Below the pieces are notes generated by a model that saw only the letters and a list, made by a program, of their open reading frames with translations, had not been told where the DNA came from and did not search any database. Source: Dehalococcoidia bacterium (GTDB lineage: Bacteria; Chloroflexota; Dehalococcoidia; Lucifugimonadales; JAGWBF01). From it: a stretch of 64,000 nucleotides of DNA. Location of the stretch: positions 1,787,672-1,851,671 of the forward strand of contig OZ244780.1 of NCBI GenBank assembly GCA_965219565.1, written 5' to 3'. Positions 1-8,639 of this stretch are shown here, piece after piece. Every line of letters begins with the position of its first letter. The stretch's first letter is position 1. The position numbers and the translations under genes were made by a program.

Positions 1-2
1 AA

Positions 3-173
3 GCCGACATAATCGCGGGGGACTCCCTGTCGGCCTCCACATTCCTGAAAGAGGTCTATCCGAAGACGGGGCGCACGGGCACCATGGTGTTTATGGTGTG
101 GGAAACGGTGTTCACCAATCAAAAAGGCGAGAGGGTGGCTGACGTACAGGAATCCTTCGCCGCCCGGGAGTGA
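3..173 (+). CDS. 3' end of a hotdog-fold (MaoC N-terminal-like) protein, truncated by the window edge
   Basis: Frame is open from the window start to TGA 171-173. The stop abuts the next gene's ATG (TGAATG). The tail ...GTMVFMVWETVFTNQKGERVADVQESFAARE looks like a hotdog-fold dehydratase subunit. Confidence 0.5.
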   Translation, partial: ADIIAGDSLSASTFLKEVYPKTGRTGTMVFMVWETVFTNQKGERVADVQESFAARE

Positions 174-617
174 ATGATGGCATACGGAGACCTGATAACC
201 TACGAAGACATTGACCTGGGTGACGAGGTCGGACCCGTCCTCAAGAACATCACCGACGAAGATGTGGCGCTCTTCTGCGCCAATGCCTGGGGACAGACAG
301 GTCCCACCAGGTTCACCAATATGGAGATAGCCCTCCAGAACAAGCTGAAAGCCCCCATCGTTCCCGGAGTGATGAGCGTGGGCCTGATGACCCAACTTAT
401 CACCGGTTGGTCGCCCAACGCCGTCTTGAAGAACCTGGACGTGGTCTTTCGCCAACCCGTGCCACACGTAGAGGTCACTCTAAGCGCCTTGGTCACGGAC
501 AAGCGAGAAGAGGACGGCGACAACATTCTGGAGTGCGACGTCTACTTGTCCAATGAAGAGAGCGGACGTCTTATCATAGGCAAGGCCATAGTGACCCTGC
601 CCTCCAAGGGAAGCTAG
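174..617 (+). CDS. MaoC-like (R)-specific enoyl-CoA hydratase/dehydratase subunit (hotdog fold)
   Basis: 147-aa ORF of MaoC-like size and sequence character. The start is directly coupled to the upstream hotdog ORF, the arrangement seen in two-subunit HadAB/ChsH1-ChsH2-type hydratases. Confidence 0.7.
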   Translation: MMAYGDLITYEDIDLGDEVGPVLKNITDEDVALFCANAWGQTGPTRFTNMEIALQNKLKAPIVPGVMSVGLMTQLITGWSPNAVLKNLDVVFRQPVPHVEVTLSALVTDKREEDGDNILECDVYLSNEESGRLIIGKAIVTLPSKGS

Positions 618-632
618 ACTTCCGGTTTTCCG

Positions 633-1451
633 TTGCCACGGGACATCGTATCCTCCACGCTTCGCCAGGGTTTGTATACCAGGGTTGTGGGACGACGGCT
701 TCTCTATCACCGTCGCCTTGAGTCCACAATGGACGAGGCGGCCCGTCTGGCGAAAGAGTCCGACGATGACGGAATCGTGGTGGTGGCGGAAGAGCAGACA
801 GCCGCCCGCGGCCGTTTCCAGCGCCAGTGGATTTCCGAACCTGGGAACCTCTACCTGTCCGTGGCGCTCCGCCCGTCGCCTTGGGGTCTCCAGTACGTCT
901 CCATAATGGCGGGTCTGGCCGTGGCACGGGCCATTCGACGGTCCACCGGCCTGCAACCCACGCTAAAATGGCCCAACGACATCCGCCTGGACGGCAAGAA
1001 AGTGTGCGGCGTTCTGGTCGAAAGCTCCCTCACTGGAGGCGTCGTGGACTGGGCCGTTGTGGGCATCGGATTGAACGTCGCTTTGAAAACGGGGGACTTC
1101 CCGGAAATTGCCGACATCGCGACCAGCGTCAACGAAGCATTGGGAGCCGAGGCGGACCGTACCACGCTCCTGGGGAGCCTTCTGCATGAACTGGACCGCT
1201 TGTACATGCCGCTGCGTAGAGTGGCACAGCCCAGCCCGTCGGAAGTGGAACCCGCCTTGCTGGAATGGAAGGGACTCCTGGACACCCTTGGCAGGCGCGT
1301 TAGGGTGCAGTGGAAGGATGAGGTCTACGAGGGCATGGCTGAGGACGTGGACTCGTCAGGGAACCTGATTCTCAGGACGGACAACGGTGTAGTAACGCTT
1401 ATTGCGGGAGAAGTTACTTCGCAGATCGACGTCGCGGAGCCGATAGGCTAA
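633..1451 (+). CDS. birA: Biotin--[acetyl-CoA-carboxylase] ligase (group I, no HTH)
   Basis: Carries the BirA signature GRFQRQWISEPGNLYLSVALRP, followed by KWPNDI and a C-terminal SH3-like tail. The TTG start is uncertain. Confidence 0.9.
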   Translation: MPRDIVSSTLRQGLYTRVVGRRLLYHRRLESTMDEAARLAKESDDDGIVVVAEEQTAARGRFQRQWISEPGNLYLSVALRPSPWGLQYVSIMAGLAVARAIRRSTGLQPTLKWPNDIRLDGKKVCGVLVESSLTGGVVDWAVVGIGLNVALKTGDFPEIADIATSVNEALGAEADRTTLLGSLLHELDRLYMPLRRVAQPSPSEVEPALLEWKGLLDTLGRRVRVQWKDEVYEGMAEDVDSSGNLILRTDNGVVTLIAGEVTSQIDVAEPIG

Positions 1452-1462
1452 GGAGGCGGAAG

Positions 1463-2260
1463 TTGCTGGAAAGCCTTTCTCTGGACGGCAAGTCCATCAT
1501 CATCACCGGAGGGGGTACTGGCTTGGGCCGGGCCATGGTGAACGCATTGGCCCGGGCCGGCGCCGACGTGGCCATCGCCGCCCGCAGGACGGGACCCATC
1601 GAGGAGGCCGCCGACGAGGTCAGGTCTCTGGGGAGAAGGTCCCTTGCCATCGCCTGCGACGTGGCCGACTCAGCCCAGGTGGATGCGATGGTTGAAACGA
1701 CCATCGCCGAACTTGGAAAAGTCGACGTGATGATCAACAACGCTGGACGCACCAACAATCCCCGGATACCTATCTGGGAGGTGACCGACGAGATATGGCG
1801 GTCGGAAATCGACGTGAACCTGTCGGGTGCCTTCTTCTGCGCCAGGGCCGTGTCAAAGCACATGGCCGACAGGGGCAAAGGGAAGATAATCAACGTGGCC
1901 TCCGGTTTTGGAATCAGGGCAGGCCGTGACATCTACACCTACGCGTGCGGCAAGGGAGGCATGATGCAGTTGACCCGCACCCTTGCATTCAGCCTGGCCC
2001 GCTATGGCATCACCGCCAACACCATCGTCCCTGGCTTCATTCCCACCCGGGGTGTCGAGTCCATGCGGTCGGGTCTGCCGGCGTCGGGAGATTCCCTGCC
2101 CACGGGCAAGCTGGGAAAGCCCGAGGACATGGGGCCTGTCGCGGTGTTCCTGTCCTCCGACGCCTCTGACTACATGACCGGGGAGATGATCATACTGGAC
2201 GGAGGAGCCATGGCTGGCGGAATTGCTCCCACGGGCCACGCCCCGGTTATGCCTCTCTAG
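1463..2260 (+). CDS. SDR family oxidoreductase (FabG-like), motifs intact
   Basis: AGGAGG at 1451-1456 lies 6 nt before TTG. Motifs TGGGTGLG, NNAG, Ser and YACGK (YxxxK) are all present. Confidence 0.9.
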   Translation: MLESLSLDGKSIIITGGGTGLGRAMVNALARAGADVAIAARRTGPIEEAADEVRSLGRRSLAIACDVADSAQVDAMVETTIAELGKVDVMINNAGRTNNPRIPIWEVTDEIWRSEIDVNLSGAFFCARAVSKHMADRGKGKIINVASGFGIRAGRDIYTYACGKGGMMQLTRTLAFSLARYGITANTIVPGFIPTRGVESMRSGLPASGDSLPTGKLGKPEDMGPVAVFLSSDASDYMTGEMIILDGGAMAGGIAPTGHAPVMPL

Positions 2261-2303
2261 ACGTATACCGTGCAAAAAATAGACTGCAAGCCTGGAGGAT
2301 GAC

Positions 2304-3032
2304 ATGCCCCTGATTGATGAGTACGACTTGGCTGGCCGAGTGGCAGTAGTGGCCACGGACGACCTGCTTTTCGGCCCGCCGGTGGCGGAGGCGCTGCAGG
2401 AGGCCAACGCTCAAGTCCACGTGGTCTCGTCCAATCAGGCTGTGCTGGAGGCCGCCAACGGCGGCGTGTTCTGTGACTTCTCCACAGAGGAGGCCTTGGA
2501 AGACGCAATACACGCTATAGCAGGGGCCGACGGACGTGTGGACATTCTCGTAAACAACTTTCGCGCCGATCACGCAAGGCCCTTCGATGAGGTGGACTTG
2601 GACGAGTTCGGCGCCGTCTTGAGACGGAACCTCAGACCTGTCTACATCGCCAGCCGGGTGGTGTCCAGGCGGATGGTCCGGGACCAATACGGGCGCATCG
2701 TCAATCTCATCTCCGACTTGGCCGAGCGGGGTATGAAGAACTCCGCTGCTTACTGCGCGAGCCAGGGAGCGGTGTTGCAGCTGACCAGAGCGTTGGCTAT
2801 GGAGTTGGGCGCCAACAACATACGCGTCAACGCGGTGGGTGTGGGCTGGTACACCGAGGCGCCCTCGCCTGAGGACGCCGAGCGGGAGCAGCTGGTCAGG
2901 TATATACCCCTCCGCCGAAAGGGAAGCCCCGCGGACATAGCTCCCCTCGTGGTTTTTGCGGCCTCCGAGTCCTGCGACTATACGACGGGCCACCCCATTT
3001 ACGTGGACGGAGGGTTGATGGCCCGACCGTAG
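2304..3032 (+). CDS. SDR-fold paralogue with degenerate cofactor and catalytic motifs (candidate pseudo-enzyme subunit)
   Basis: GGAGG lies 5 nt before ATG. SDR-like throughout (…NIRVNAVGVGW…YVDGG), but the Gly-rich motif reads ATDDLLFG, NNAG reads NNFR, and YxxxK reads Y150-CAS-Q154. Confidence 0.8.
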   Translation: MPLIDEYDLAGRVAVVATDDLLFGPPVAEALQEANAQVHVVSSNQAVLEAANGGVFCDFSTEEALEDAIHAIAGADGRVDILVNNFRADHARPFDEVDLDEFGAVLRRNLRPVYIASRVVSRRMVRDQYGRIVNLISDLAERGMKNSAAYCASQGAVLQLTRALAMELGANNIRVNAVGVGWYTEAPSPEDAEREQLVRYIPLRRKGSPADIAPLVVFAASESCDYTTGHPIYVDGGLMARP

Positions 3033-3060
3033 CGGGGTGTGTAAGTAGTATACTGTTGAT

Positions 3061-3357
3061 GTGGTTCGAGATGCGCAGGGGAAGTGGATACGCCTGACCG
3101 ATGAACGGAAGAACCACATTCTGGCAAGGCATCCCGAAATGGATGGGATGGAGCAGGCTATTGTCGAAACCCTGGAAAGCCCGGACGCAGTCATTCGTTC
3201 CATTAGAGACCCTGAACATGTCCGTGAGCACTACAAGTGGTTCGCCGACACGTCCAGAGGGGCCAAGTTCCTGCGTACGGTAGTGAGATATTCCGAGGAC
3301 GATGCTTTCTTGATAACCACCCACTTCACCCGGCGAATACCGAGAAGAGGTGAGTAA
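3061..3357 (+). CDS. Small conserved protein, candidate toxin partner of the DUF2283 gene
   Basis: 98-aa ORF (GTG start) with the motif ERKNHILARHPEM. Its TAA overlaps the next ATG by 1 nt (TAATG). Family assignment is uncertain. Confidence 0.55.
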   Translation: MVRDAQGKWIRLTDERKNHILARHPEMDGMEQAIVETLESPDAVIRSIRDPEHVREHYKWFADTSRGAKFLRTVVRYSEDDAFLITTHFTRRIPRRGE

Positions 3358-3596
3358 TGGACCCGAAACGGGTTAATATCTGGTATGACCCCGAAGCTGA
3401 TTTCCTTGAGGTAATGTGGGAAGACAGGAGTGGGGATTTCGTCGAGACTACAGATGGCCAAGCCCACGTGAAGGTTGACGACGATGGGAACGTTTTGGGG
3501 TTTCAGATTCTAGCCCTGAGTAAGCTCACCGCCCCCTTGGACGTTGATTTCGAATATGCGGTCCATGAGGAACCAGCCAACCAAGCCCCTTCCTGA
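3357..3596 (+). CDS. DUF2283-like small protein (candidate antitoxin)
   Basis: 79 aa. WYDPEADFLEV...VDDDGNVLGFQILALSKL matches my memory of the DUF2283 pattern. Translationally coupled to the upstream ORF. Confidence 0.7.
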   Translation: MDPKRVNIWYDPEADFLEVMWEDRSGDFVETTDGQAHVKVDDDGNVLGFQILALSKLTAPLDVDFEYAVHEEPANQAPS

Positions 3597-3658
3597 TGTA
3601 TAGAGTTTAGGCGCCCCCTGCCAGGAACAGCGGGGACTTGTTGGATCGACTCGACGCC

Positions 3659-3685
3659 TTGGCACCCAACGGCCGATGCTACAAT
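3659..3685 (+). promoter_or_regulatory. Sigma70-like promoter candidate for the CoA-transferase pair
   Basis: TTGGCA-N15-(TGc)TACAAT with an extended -10, about 27 nt upstream of ATG 3712. Confidence 0.3.
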
Positions 3686-3711
3686 AGCACGGACATTTAC
3701 CGAGTTGCCCT

Positions 3712-4977
3712 ATGACCGACTGTCAGACCGACAATTTTCTCAGCCCCTACCGAGTCCTGGACCTCAGCGACGAGCGGGGGATCCTGTGCGGCAAGATCCT
3801 TGCCGACCTGGGGGCCGACGTAGTCCAGATAGAACCTCCAGCGGGAAGCTCCGCCCGGCTTCGAGGGCCTTTCTACAAGAACGAACCTGGGCCTGAAAAC
3901 AGCCTGTTCTGGTGGGCTTATTCCGCCGGAAAGCGCAGCGTCACGCTGGACATCGCCAAGCCGCAAGGGGCGGAGCTGGTCAAACGGCTGGTGAAGAACG
4001 CCCACTTCCTGGTTGAGTCCTATCACCCCGGCTACATGGAGTCCCTTGGGCTGGGCTATTCCGACCTAGAGGCCCTCAACCCGGGCTTGGTAATGGTTTC
4101 CATTACGTCTTTTGGCCAGAAGGGGCCCTACGGGGATTACAAAGGTTCGGACATCGTGGGCATGGCGCTTGGAGGGTTCATGCACCTGACGGGCGACCAG
4201 GACAGGCCCCCGCTCAGGATAAGCCACCCCCAGTTCTACCTTCACGGAGCTTCCGCCGGGGCGCTTGGGGCCATGCTTGCCCACACCCACAGGGCGGCGA
4301 CGGGCGAAGGCCAACACGTGGACGTTTCCTGCCAGCAGGCCGCCGCCAAGACCCTGGCCCACGCCCCCCAGTTCTGGGATGCCCAGGGAGTTGTTCTAAG
4401 GCGCATGGGGCCGTACAGGCCCACCGCCGGAGACTCGATGGTGAGGGTCAACTGGAAATGTAAAGACGGCTTCGTCAACTTCATGCCACAGGGCGGCGGG
4501 CCGGGTGTGTCTGCCAGCACCCGCGCTATGCTGGCCTGGATGAGAGAAGAAGACATGGGAAGCGACTCGTTGGACGCCGTTAGATGGGAACAGATGCACT
4601 ATTCCGAAGTGCCCGGCGACGTTATGAGGCAAGGGGTCGTAGACTTTGGCCGCTTCATCGAGACCAAGACCAAGGATGAGCTTATCGCAGAAAGCAGGAA
4701 CCGACGCATAATTCTGTTTCCCCTCAACACCCACGAAGACATCCTTGAGTACCCACAATTGAGCGAGAGGGACTACTTCGTCTCCCTCCCCCACCCAGAA
4801 CTTGGAACATCGGTGAAGTATCCGGGCCGTTTCATATTGGACGGAGTCGCTGACCGCGTAGGTCCGCGCAGCCGCGCGCCGCTGTTGGGAGAGCACAACA
4901 GTGAGATATACGGCGGTGAGCTTGGGATGGCGGACGACGAAATCGCATCTCTGAAGGGAAGCGGGATAATCCGATGA
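3712..4977 (+). CDS. Family III CoA-transferase (CaiB/BaiF family), catalytic Asp present
   Basis: N-terminal YRVLDLSDERGILCGKILADLGADVVQIEPP. The active-site region is GSD147IVGMALGG...LTG. Confidence 0.9.
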   Translation: MTDCQTDNFLSPYRVLDLSDERGILCGKILADLGADVVQIEPPAGSSARLRGPFYKNEPGPENSLFWWAYSAGKRSVTLDIAKPQGAELVKRLVKNAHFLVESYHPGYMESLGLGYSDLEALNPGLVMVSITSFGQKGPYGDYKGSDIVGMALGGFMHLTGDQDRPPLRISHPQFYLHGASAGALGAMLAHTHRAATGEGQHVDVSCQQAAAKTLAHAPQFWDAQGVVLRRMGPYRPTAGDSMVRVNWKCKDGFVNFMPQGGGPGVSASTRAMLAWMREEDMGSDSLDAVRWEQMHYSEVPGDVMRQGVVDFGRFIETKTKDELIAESRNRRIILFPLNTHEDILEYPQLSERDYFVSLPHPELGTSVKYPGRFILDGVADRVGPRSRAPLLGEHNSEIYGGELGMADDEIASLKGSGIIR

Positions 4978-6194
4978 CGGTGAAACCCCTTGAAGGGCTG
5001 AAAATCTTGGACTTCTGCTGGGTGGTGGCAGGGCCGCTGACCACCAAGTACCTGGCCGAATACGGGGCCGACGTCATCCGCGTGGAGACGACAAAAAGGC
5101 CGGAGGTTCTTCGCAGGGGCGCGCCCTTCAAGGACGGTATATCCGGCATTAATCGGAGCGAGTATTTCGGCAACTACAACGTGGGGAAATACGGCGTAAC
5201 CATCGACATGCAGAATCCCAGGGCAAGGGAGCTGGTGCTGAGAATCGCCCAATGGGCCGATGTGATAACCGAGAACTTCACGCCGGGGACCTTGGAAAAG
5301 TGGGAACTGGGCTATGAGGACCTGAAGAAGGCCAACGAGGGCATTATCCTGTTCAGTTCGTCCATGCTGGGACGGGGAGGCTCGATGTCCTCCCAGCCCG
5401 GTTTCGGTCCGGTGCTGGCGTCTCTGTCCGGCATGACCTATCTAACCGGCTGGCCCGATAGGGAACCCGTCAATCCCTATGGCGCCTATACCGACTTCAT
5501 CATCCCGCGCTTTGCCGTGCCGGCGATACTGGCCGCATGGGACTACAAAAAGCGCACCGGCCAGGGGACCCACCTGGACCTTTCCCAACTGGAAGCGTCG
5601 GTGCAGTTCTCCGCGCCGTTGGTCTTGGACTACACCGTCAACGGCGCCATAAACGAGCGTCAGGGCAACCGCGACCCCGGCGCCGCACCCCACGGGACCT
5701 ACCCCTGTAAGGGCGAAGACCGATGGATAGCCATCGCCTGTGACTCCGAAGAGGCCTGGCAAGGGCTGAGGTCCCTGGCCTGTCCGTTGGGTTCAGGATG
5801 GGCCTACGACGAGCGCTTCTCAACCCTGGAGGGCCGAAAAGCGGCTGAAGACGAGTTGGACGAGCTTGTAGGCCAATGGACCCAGCAATGGGACTCACGA
5901 GAGTTGATGGACAAACTGCAGGCGGCTGGAACTCCGGCGGGGGCCGTGAATGATTGCCGCGACTTGTTCGACGATGCCCAGTTGTCCTACAGGGGCCACT
6001 TCCAGTTTCCTGTGCATCCTGAAATCGGGCCATACGCGGCGTCCCGCAGCGAGATGGACCTGTCCAAGACGCCCGGCGCCATCGACCGACCGGCCCCGCT
6101 AATAGGAGAGCACAACGAGTTCGCCCTGAAAGGGCTAGTCGGCCTGTCAGATGAAGAGTACCGCTCCCTGGAGGAGGACGGAGTCCTGACGTAG
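4974..6194 (+). CDS. Family III CoA-transferase paralogue, putative catalytic Asp position is Gly
   Basis: ATGA overlap with the upstream gene. N-terminal LKILDFCWVVAGPLTTKYLAEYGADVIRVE. The aligned active-site region reads GFG145PVLASLSG...LTG. Confidence 0.9.
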   Translation: MTVKPLEGLKILDFCWVVAGPLTTKYLAEYGADVIRVETTKRPEVLRRGAPFKDGISGINRSEYFGNYNVGKYGVTIDMQNPRARELVLRIAQWADVITENFTPGTLEKWELGYEDLKKANEGIILFSSSMLGRGGSMSSQPGFGPVLASLSGMTYLTGWPDREPVNPYGAYTDFIIPRFAVPAILAAWDYKKRTGQGTHLDLSQLEASVQFSAPLVLDYTVNGAINERQGNRDPGAAPHGTYPCKGEDRWIAIACDSEEAWQGLRSLACPLGSGWAYDERFSTLEGRKAAEDELDELVGQWTQQWDSRELMDKLQAAGTPAGAVNDCRDLFDDAQLSYRGHFQFPVHPEIGPYAASRSEMDLSKTPGAIDRPAPLIGEHNEFALKGLVGLSDEEYRSLEEDGVLT

Positions 6195-6226
6195 GGGTTG
6201 ACGCCTGTCGTAAGAGTCTCGGGGGG

Positions 6227-7255
6227 CTACTTGAAGCTGGGCATGACCTCTTCGGCCAGCAGCTTCAGGGACTTCACGACCAGCTCGTAGGGAATCTGTC
6301 CGCCGTAGTTGGTCTCCAGCACCACCCCGGAAATCCCCAACTCATCCTTGTACATGTTCAGGCGGTCAATCACCTGCTCCGGCGTGCCGAACATCACCCG
6401 GCGGGCAAGGATTTCCTCGTAGGGCTGGTTGGCGATTGCGGTGAGGCGTGCCGCCGACTCGGCCGACGCGGCGGAGCCGGCCAGCTGCCGGGCGCCATAG
6501 CGTATCATCCACATGGCGCTTTCCTCAGGCTCTGAGCGGGCCTGTTCCTCGGTTTCGGCCAGATACGCAGGCACACGTATGAAGCAACTGCCCTCCCCGG
6601 AGTGGCCTGATTCCTGCCATGCGTCTCTGTATGTCTTCAGACGAGTCTTCAACTCCTCGATGGGTGAATTGGCCCCGATGAACACGGGATACCCCATGTT
6701 CCCCAGCATCTTGTACGTGTCCTCGCTGGATACCGCAACACGGATGGGTGGGTGGGGGTCCTGGTAGGGAGACGGCACCAGAGTCACGTCGTTATAGCTG
6801 TAGAATTCCCCTTCGAATGAGAAGGTCGACTGAGTCCAGGCTTTGGTGACCACTTCCAGGGCTTCCAGGAAGCGTCCGCGGCTCTCCGAATAGGGTACGT
6901 TGTAGCCTTCATAGTAGATAGTCAGGCCGCTCCGGCCTATACCAAAGTCCAGACGCCCCTTGGAGATGTGGTCCACCGTGGCGGCTTCCTCAGCCACTCG
7001 GAGAGGGTTGGTGAGCGGCAGGACCTGGACGGCCAGTCCTATCCGGACGCGTTCTGTGCGTGCGCCGATGGCGCTGGCGATTATCAGAGGCGAGGCCAGC
7101 ACCGACCGGTCGGGACTGAAGTGGTGTTCCCCTAGCCAAACGGCGTCCATGCCCAGCTTCTCGGCCGCCATTACCTGTTTGAAGGACTCGTCGAAAGCGT
7201 CAGCCTGGGTCTTTCCTGGTCGGACGTTGAAGTCCGTAGACATTCCGAAGATCAT
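6227..7255 (-). CDS. LLM-class flavin-dependent oxidoreductase (luciferase-like monooxygenase)
   Basis: 342 aa. Typical LLM N-terminus ...AAEKLGMDAVWLGEHHF... and GRLDFGIGRS. Confidence 0.9.
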   Translation of the reverse strand: MIFGMSTDFNVRPGKTQADAFDESFKQVMAAEKLGMDAVWLGEHHFSPDRSVLASPLIIASAIGARTERVRIGLAVQVLPLTNPLRVAEEAATVDHISKGRLDFGIGRSGLTIYYEGYNVPYSESRGRFLEALEVVTKAWTQSTFSFEGEFYSYNDVTLVPSPYQDPHPPIRVAVSSEDTYKMLGNMGYPVFIGANSPIEELKTRLKTYRDAWQESGHSGEGSCFIRVPAYLAETEEQARSEPEESAMWMIRYGARQLAGSAASAESAARLTAIANQPYEEILARRVMFGTPEQVIDRLNMYKDELGISGVVLETNYGGQIPYELVVKSLKLLAEEVMPSFK

Positions 7256-7263
7256 GTTTCCGT

Positions 7264-8490
7264 CTAAGGCTCCTTTTCGAAGGGGGAAGGAAGGTCCAAC
7301 TCGGCGGCGATTTCCCGCACTGCCGGGAGAACTTCCTGGCCCATGAGTTCAAGGCACCTCATCGTGTCCTGATGGCTTATGGTGCCGTCGTTGGTCCACA
7401 CTCCCAATATTCCTGGCCGCAGACTTTCCAGAGTCTCCCGTATCTGGCGTATCACCGATTCGGGACTTCCAACTATGATGCGGCGTCTGTTAAGAATCTC
7501 GTCCCACGTGGCGGTGTCGATGCCCCCGCCCGCTCCGCCGGTGGGAGAAAGCTGGAATGGGTCCTTGCGCACCCGCTCCTTCATGGCGCGGAACTTGGGG
7601 TCCCTGCTGTTGTAGCCAATAGGGGCCATATAGTCTGGCGGCAGCGGTATACGTCCTTGCCCGACGTTGCCCACCAGGAAACCTTTGCCTATCTCCCTAG
7701 CCTTCTCGTCGGTGTCAGCCACCAGGATGCGTTGCAGGTAGCCGATGTGCTCTGGACCGGGCTCGTAACCATGTTGTCTGGCGGTTTCTTTGTAGTTGTC
7801 CAACATGTCCTGGGTGGCGGCCAGGTCAGTCTCCAGGAAGATGTAGGGATAGCGGCGTTCTGCACAGAATGTCACCGTCTCAGGGCTTCCGGTGCCAGGT
7901 ATCCACACGGGTGGGTGAGGGTCCTGCAGGGGCACCTGGAAAGGGTTTACATAACGGAACTGGAAGTGTTTGCCCTCCCAGCGAAAGGGGCCTGGAGTAG
8001 TCCAGGTTTTTAACACCAGATCGTGGGCCTCTTCGAACCGTTCCCGGTTGTGCACCGGGTTGATGTTGGCCTGCCAGCTCTCCACGCCCGTTCCCCGGAC
8101 AAAGCCGGAAACCAGGCGTCCCCTGGAAATCATGTCGATTTCGGCCAACTCCTCGGCCAGCCTGATGGGGTTGTCGAACACGGGGAGGGGGTTGCCCAAC
8201 AATACTATCTTGGGCTTCTTGGTGATGCGCGCCAGGATCGCCGCCTCCAGGTTCATGGTGGCGCCCATGCAGGTGGGTGTGGAGTGGTGCTCGTTGAGCA
8301 TCAGCCCGTCGAACCCCGCCTGTTCCGAGTACTCGTACTCGTCCAGGTACTCGTTATAGAGTTCGGCGCCCAGCTTGGGGTCAAAGTGGGAGTTGGAGAA
8401 GGTCAGCCGAACGGCTTGGTTAGGGCTGTTGCGGACATCTTCTTCCGTGTATCCGGTGTAGGCCCTCTCTGTAAAGCGCATCAGAAACAT
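7264..8490 (-). CDS. LLM-class flavin-dependent oxidoreductase, long form
   Basis: 408 aa with ...GFDGLMLNEHH...ISRGRLVSGFVRG. AAGGAGG lies upstream. There is an 8-nt gap to the downstream LLM gene. Confidence 0.9.
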   Translation of the reverse strand: MFLMRFTERAYTGYTEEDVRNSPNQAVRLTFSNSHFDPKLGAELYNEYLDEYEYSEQAGFDGLMLNEHHSTPTCMGATMNLEAAILARITKKPKIVLLGNPLPVFDNPIRLAEELAEIDMISRGRLVSGFVRGTGVESWQANINPVHNRERFEEAHDLVLKTWTTPGPFRWEGKHFQFRYVNPFQVPLQDPHPPVWIPGTGSPETVTFCAERRYPYIFLETDLAATQDMLDNYKETARQHGYEPGPEHIGYLQRILVADTDEKAREIGKGFLVGNVGQGRIPLPPDYMAPIGYNSRDPKFRAMKERVRKDPFQLSPTGGAGGGIDTATWDEILNRRRIIVGSPESVIRQIRETLESLRPGILGVWTNDGTISHQDTMRCLELMGQEVLPAVREIAAELDLPSPFEKEP

Positions 8491-8639
8491 GGGCCGGCCG
8501 CCTCCTTGTTGTTCCCAGCGGACAAGGTTCCAGGTGCATTACAGGCTACTCAAAATATGTAGACGTGTCAACGAAACTAATCAACGTAGCGGGTGTATAT
8601 TATGCGGGACAAGGCGAGTCAAATATCAGGAGGAACGAA

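Noticed and set aside
2247-3203. 318-aa minus-strand ORF overlapping the second SDR gene
   Set aside because: The product is Arg/Gly/His-rich and low in complexity, and it lies antisense to a gene with clear SDR homology and its own RBS. This is the typical shadow frame of high-GC DNA.
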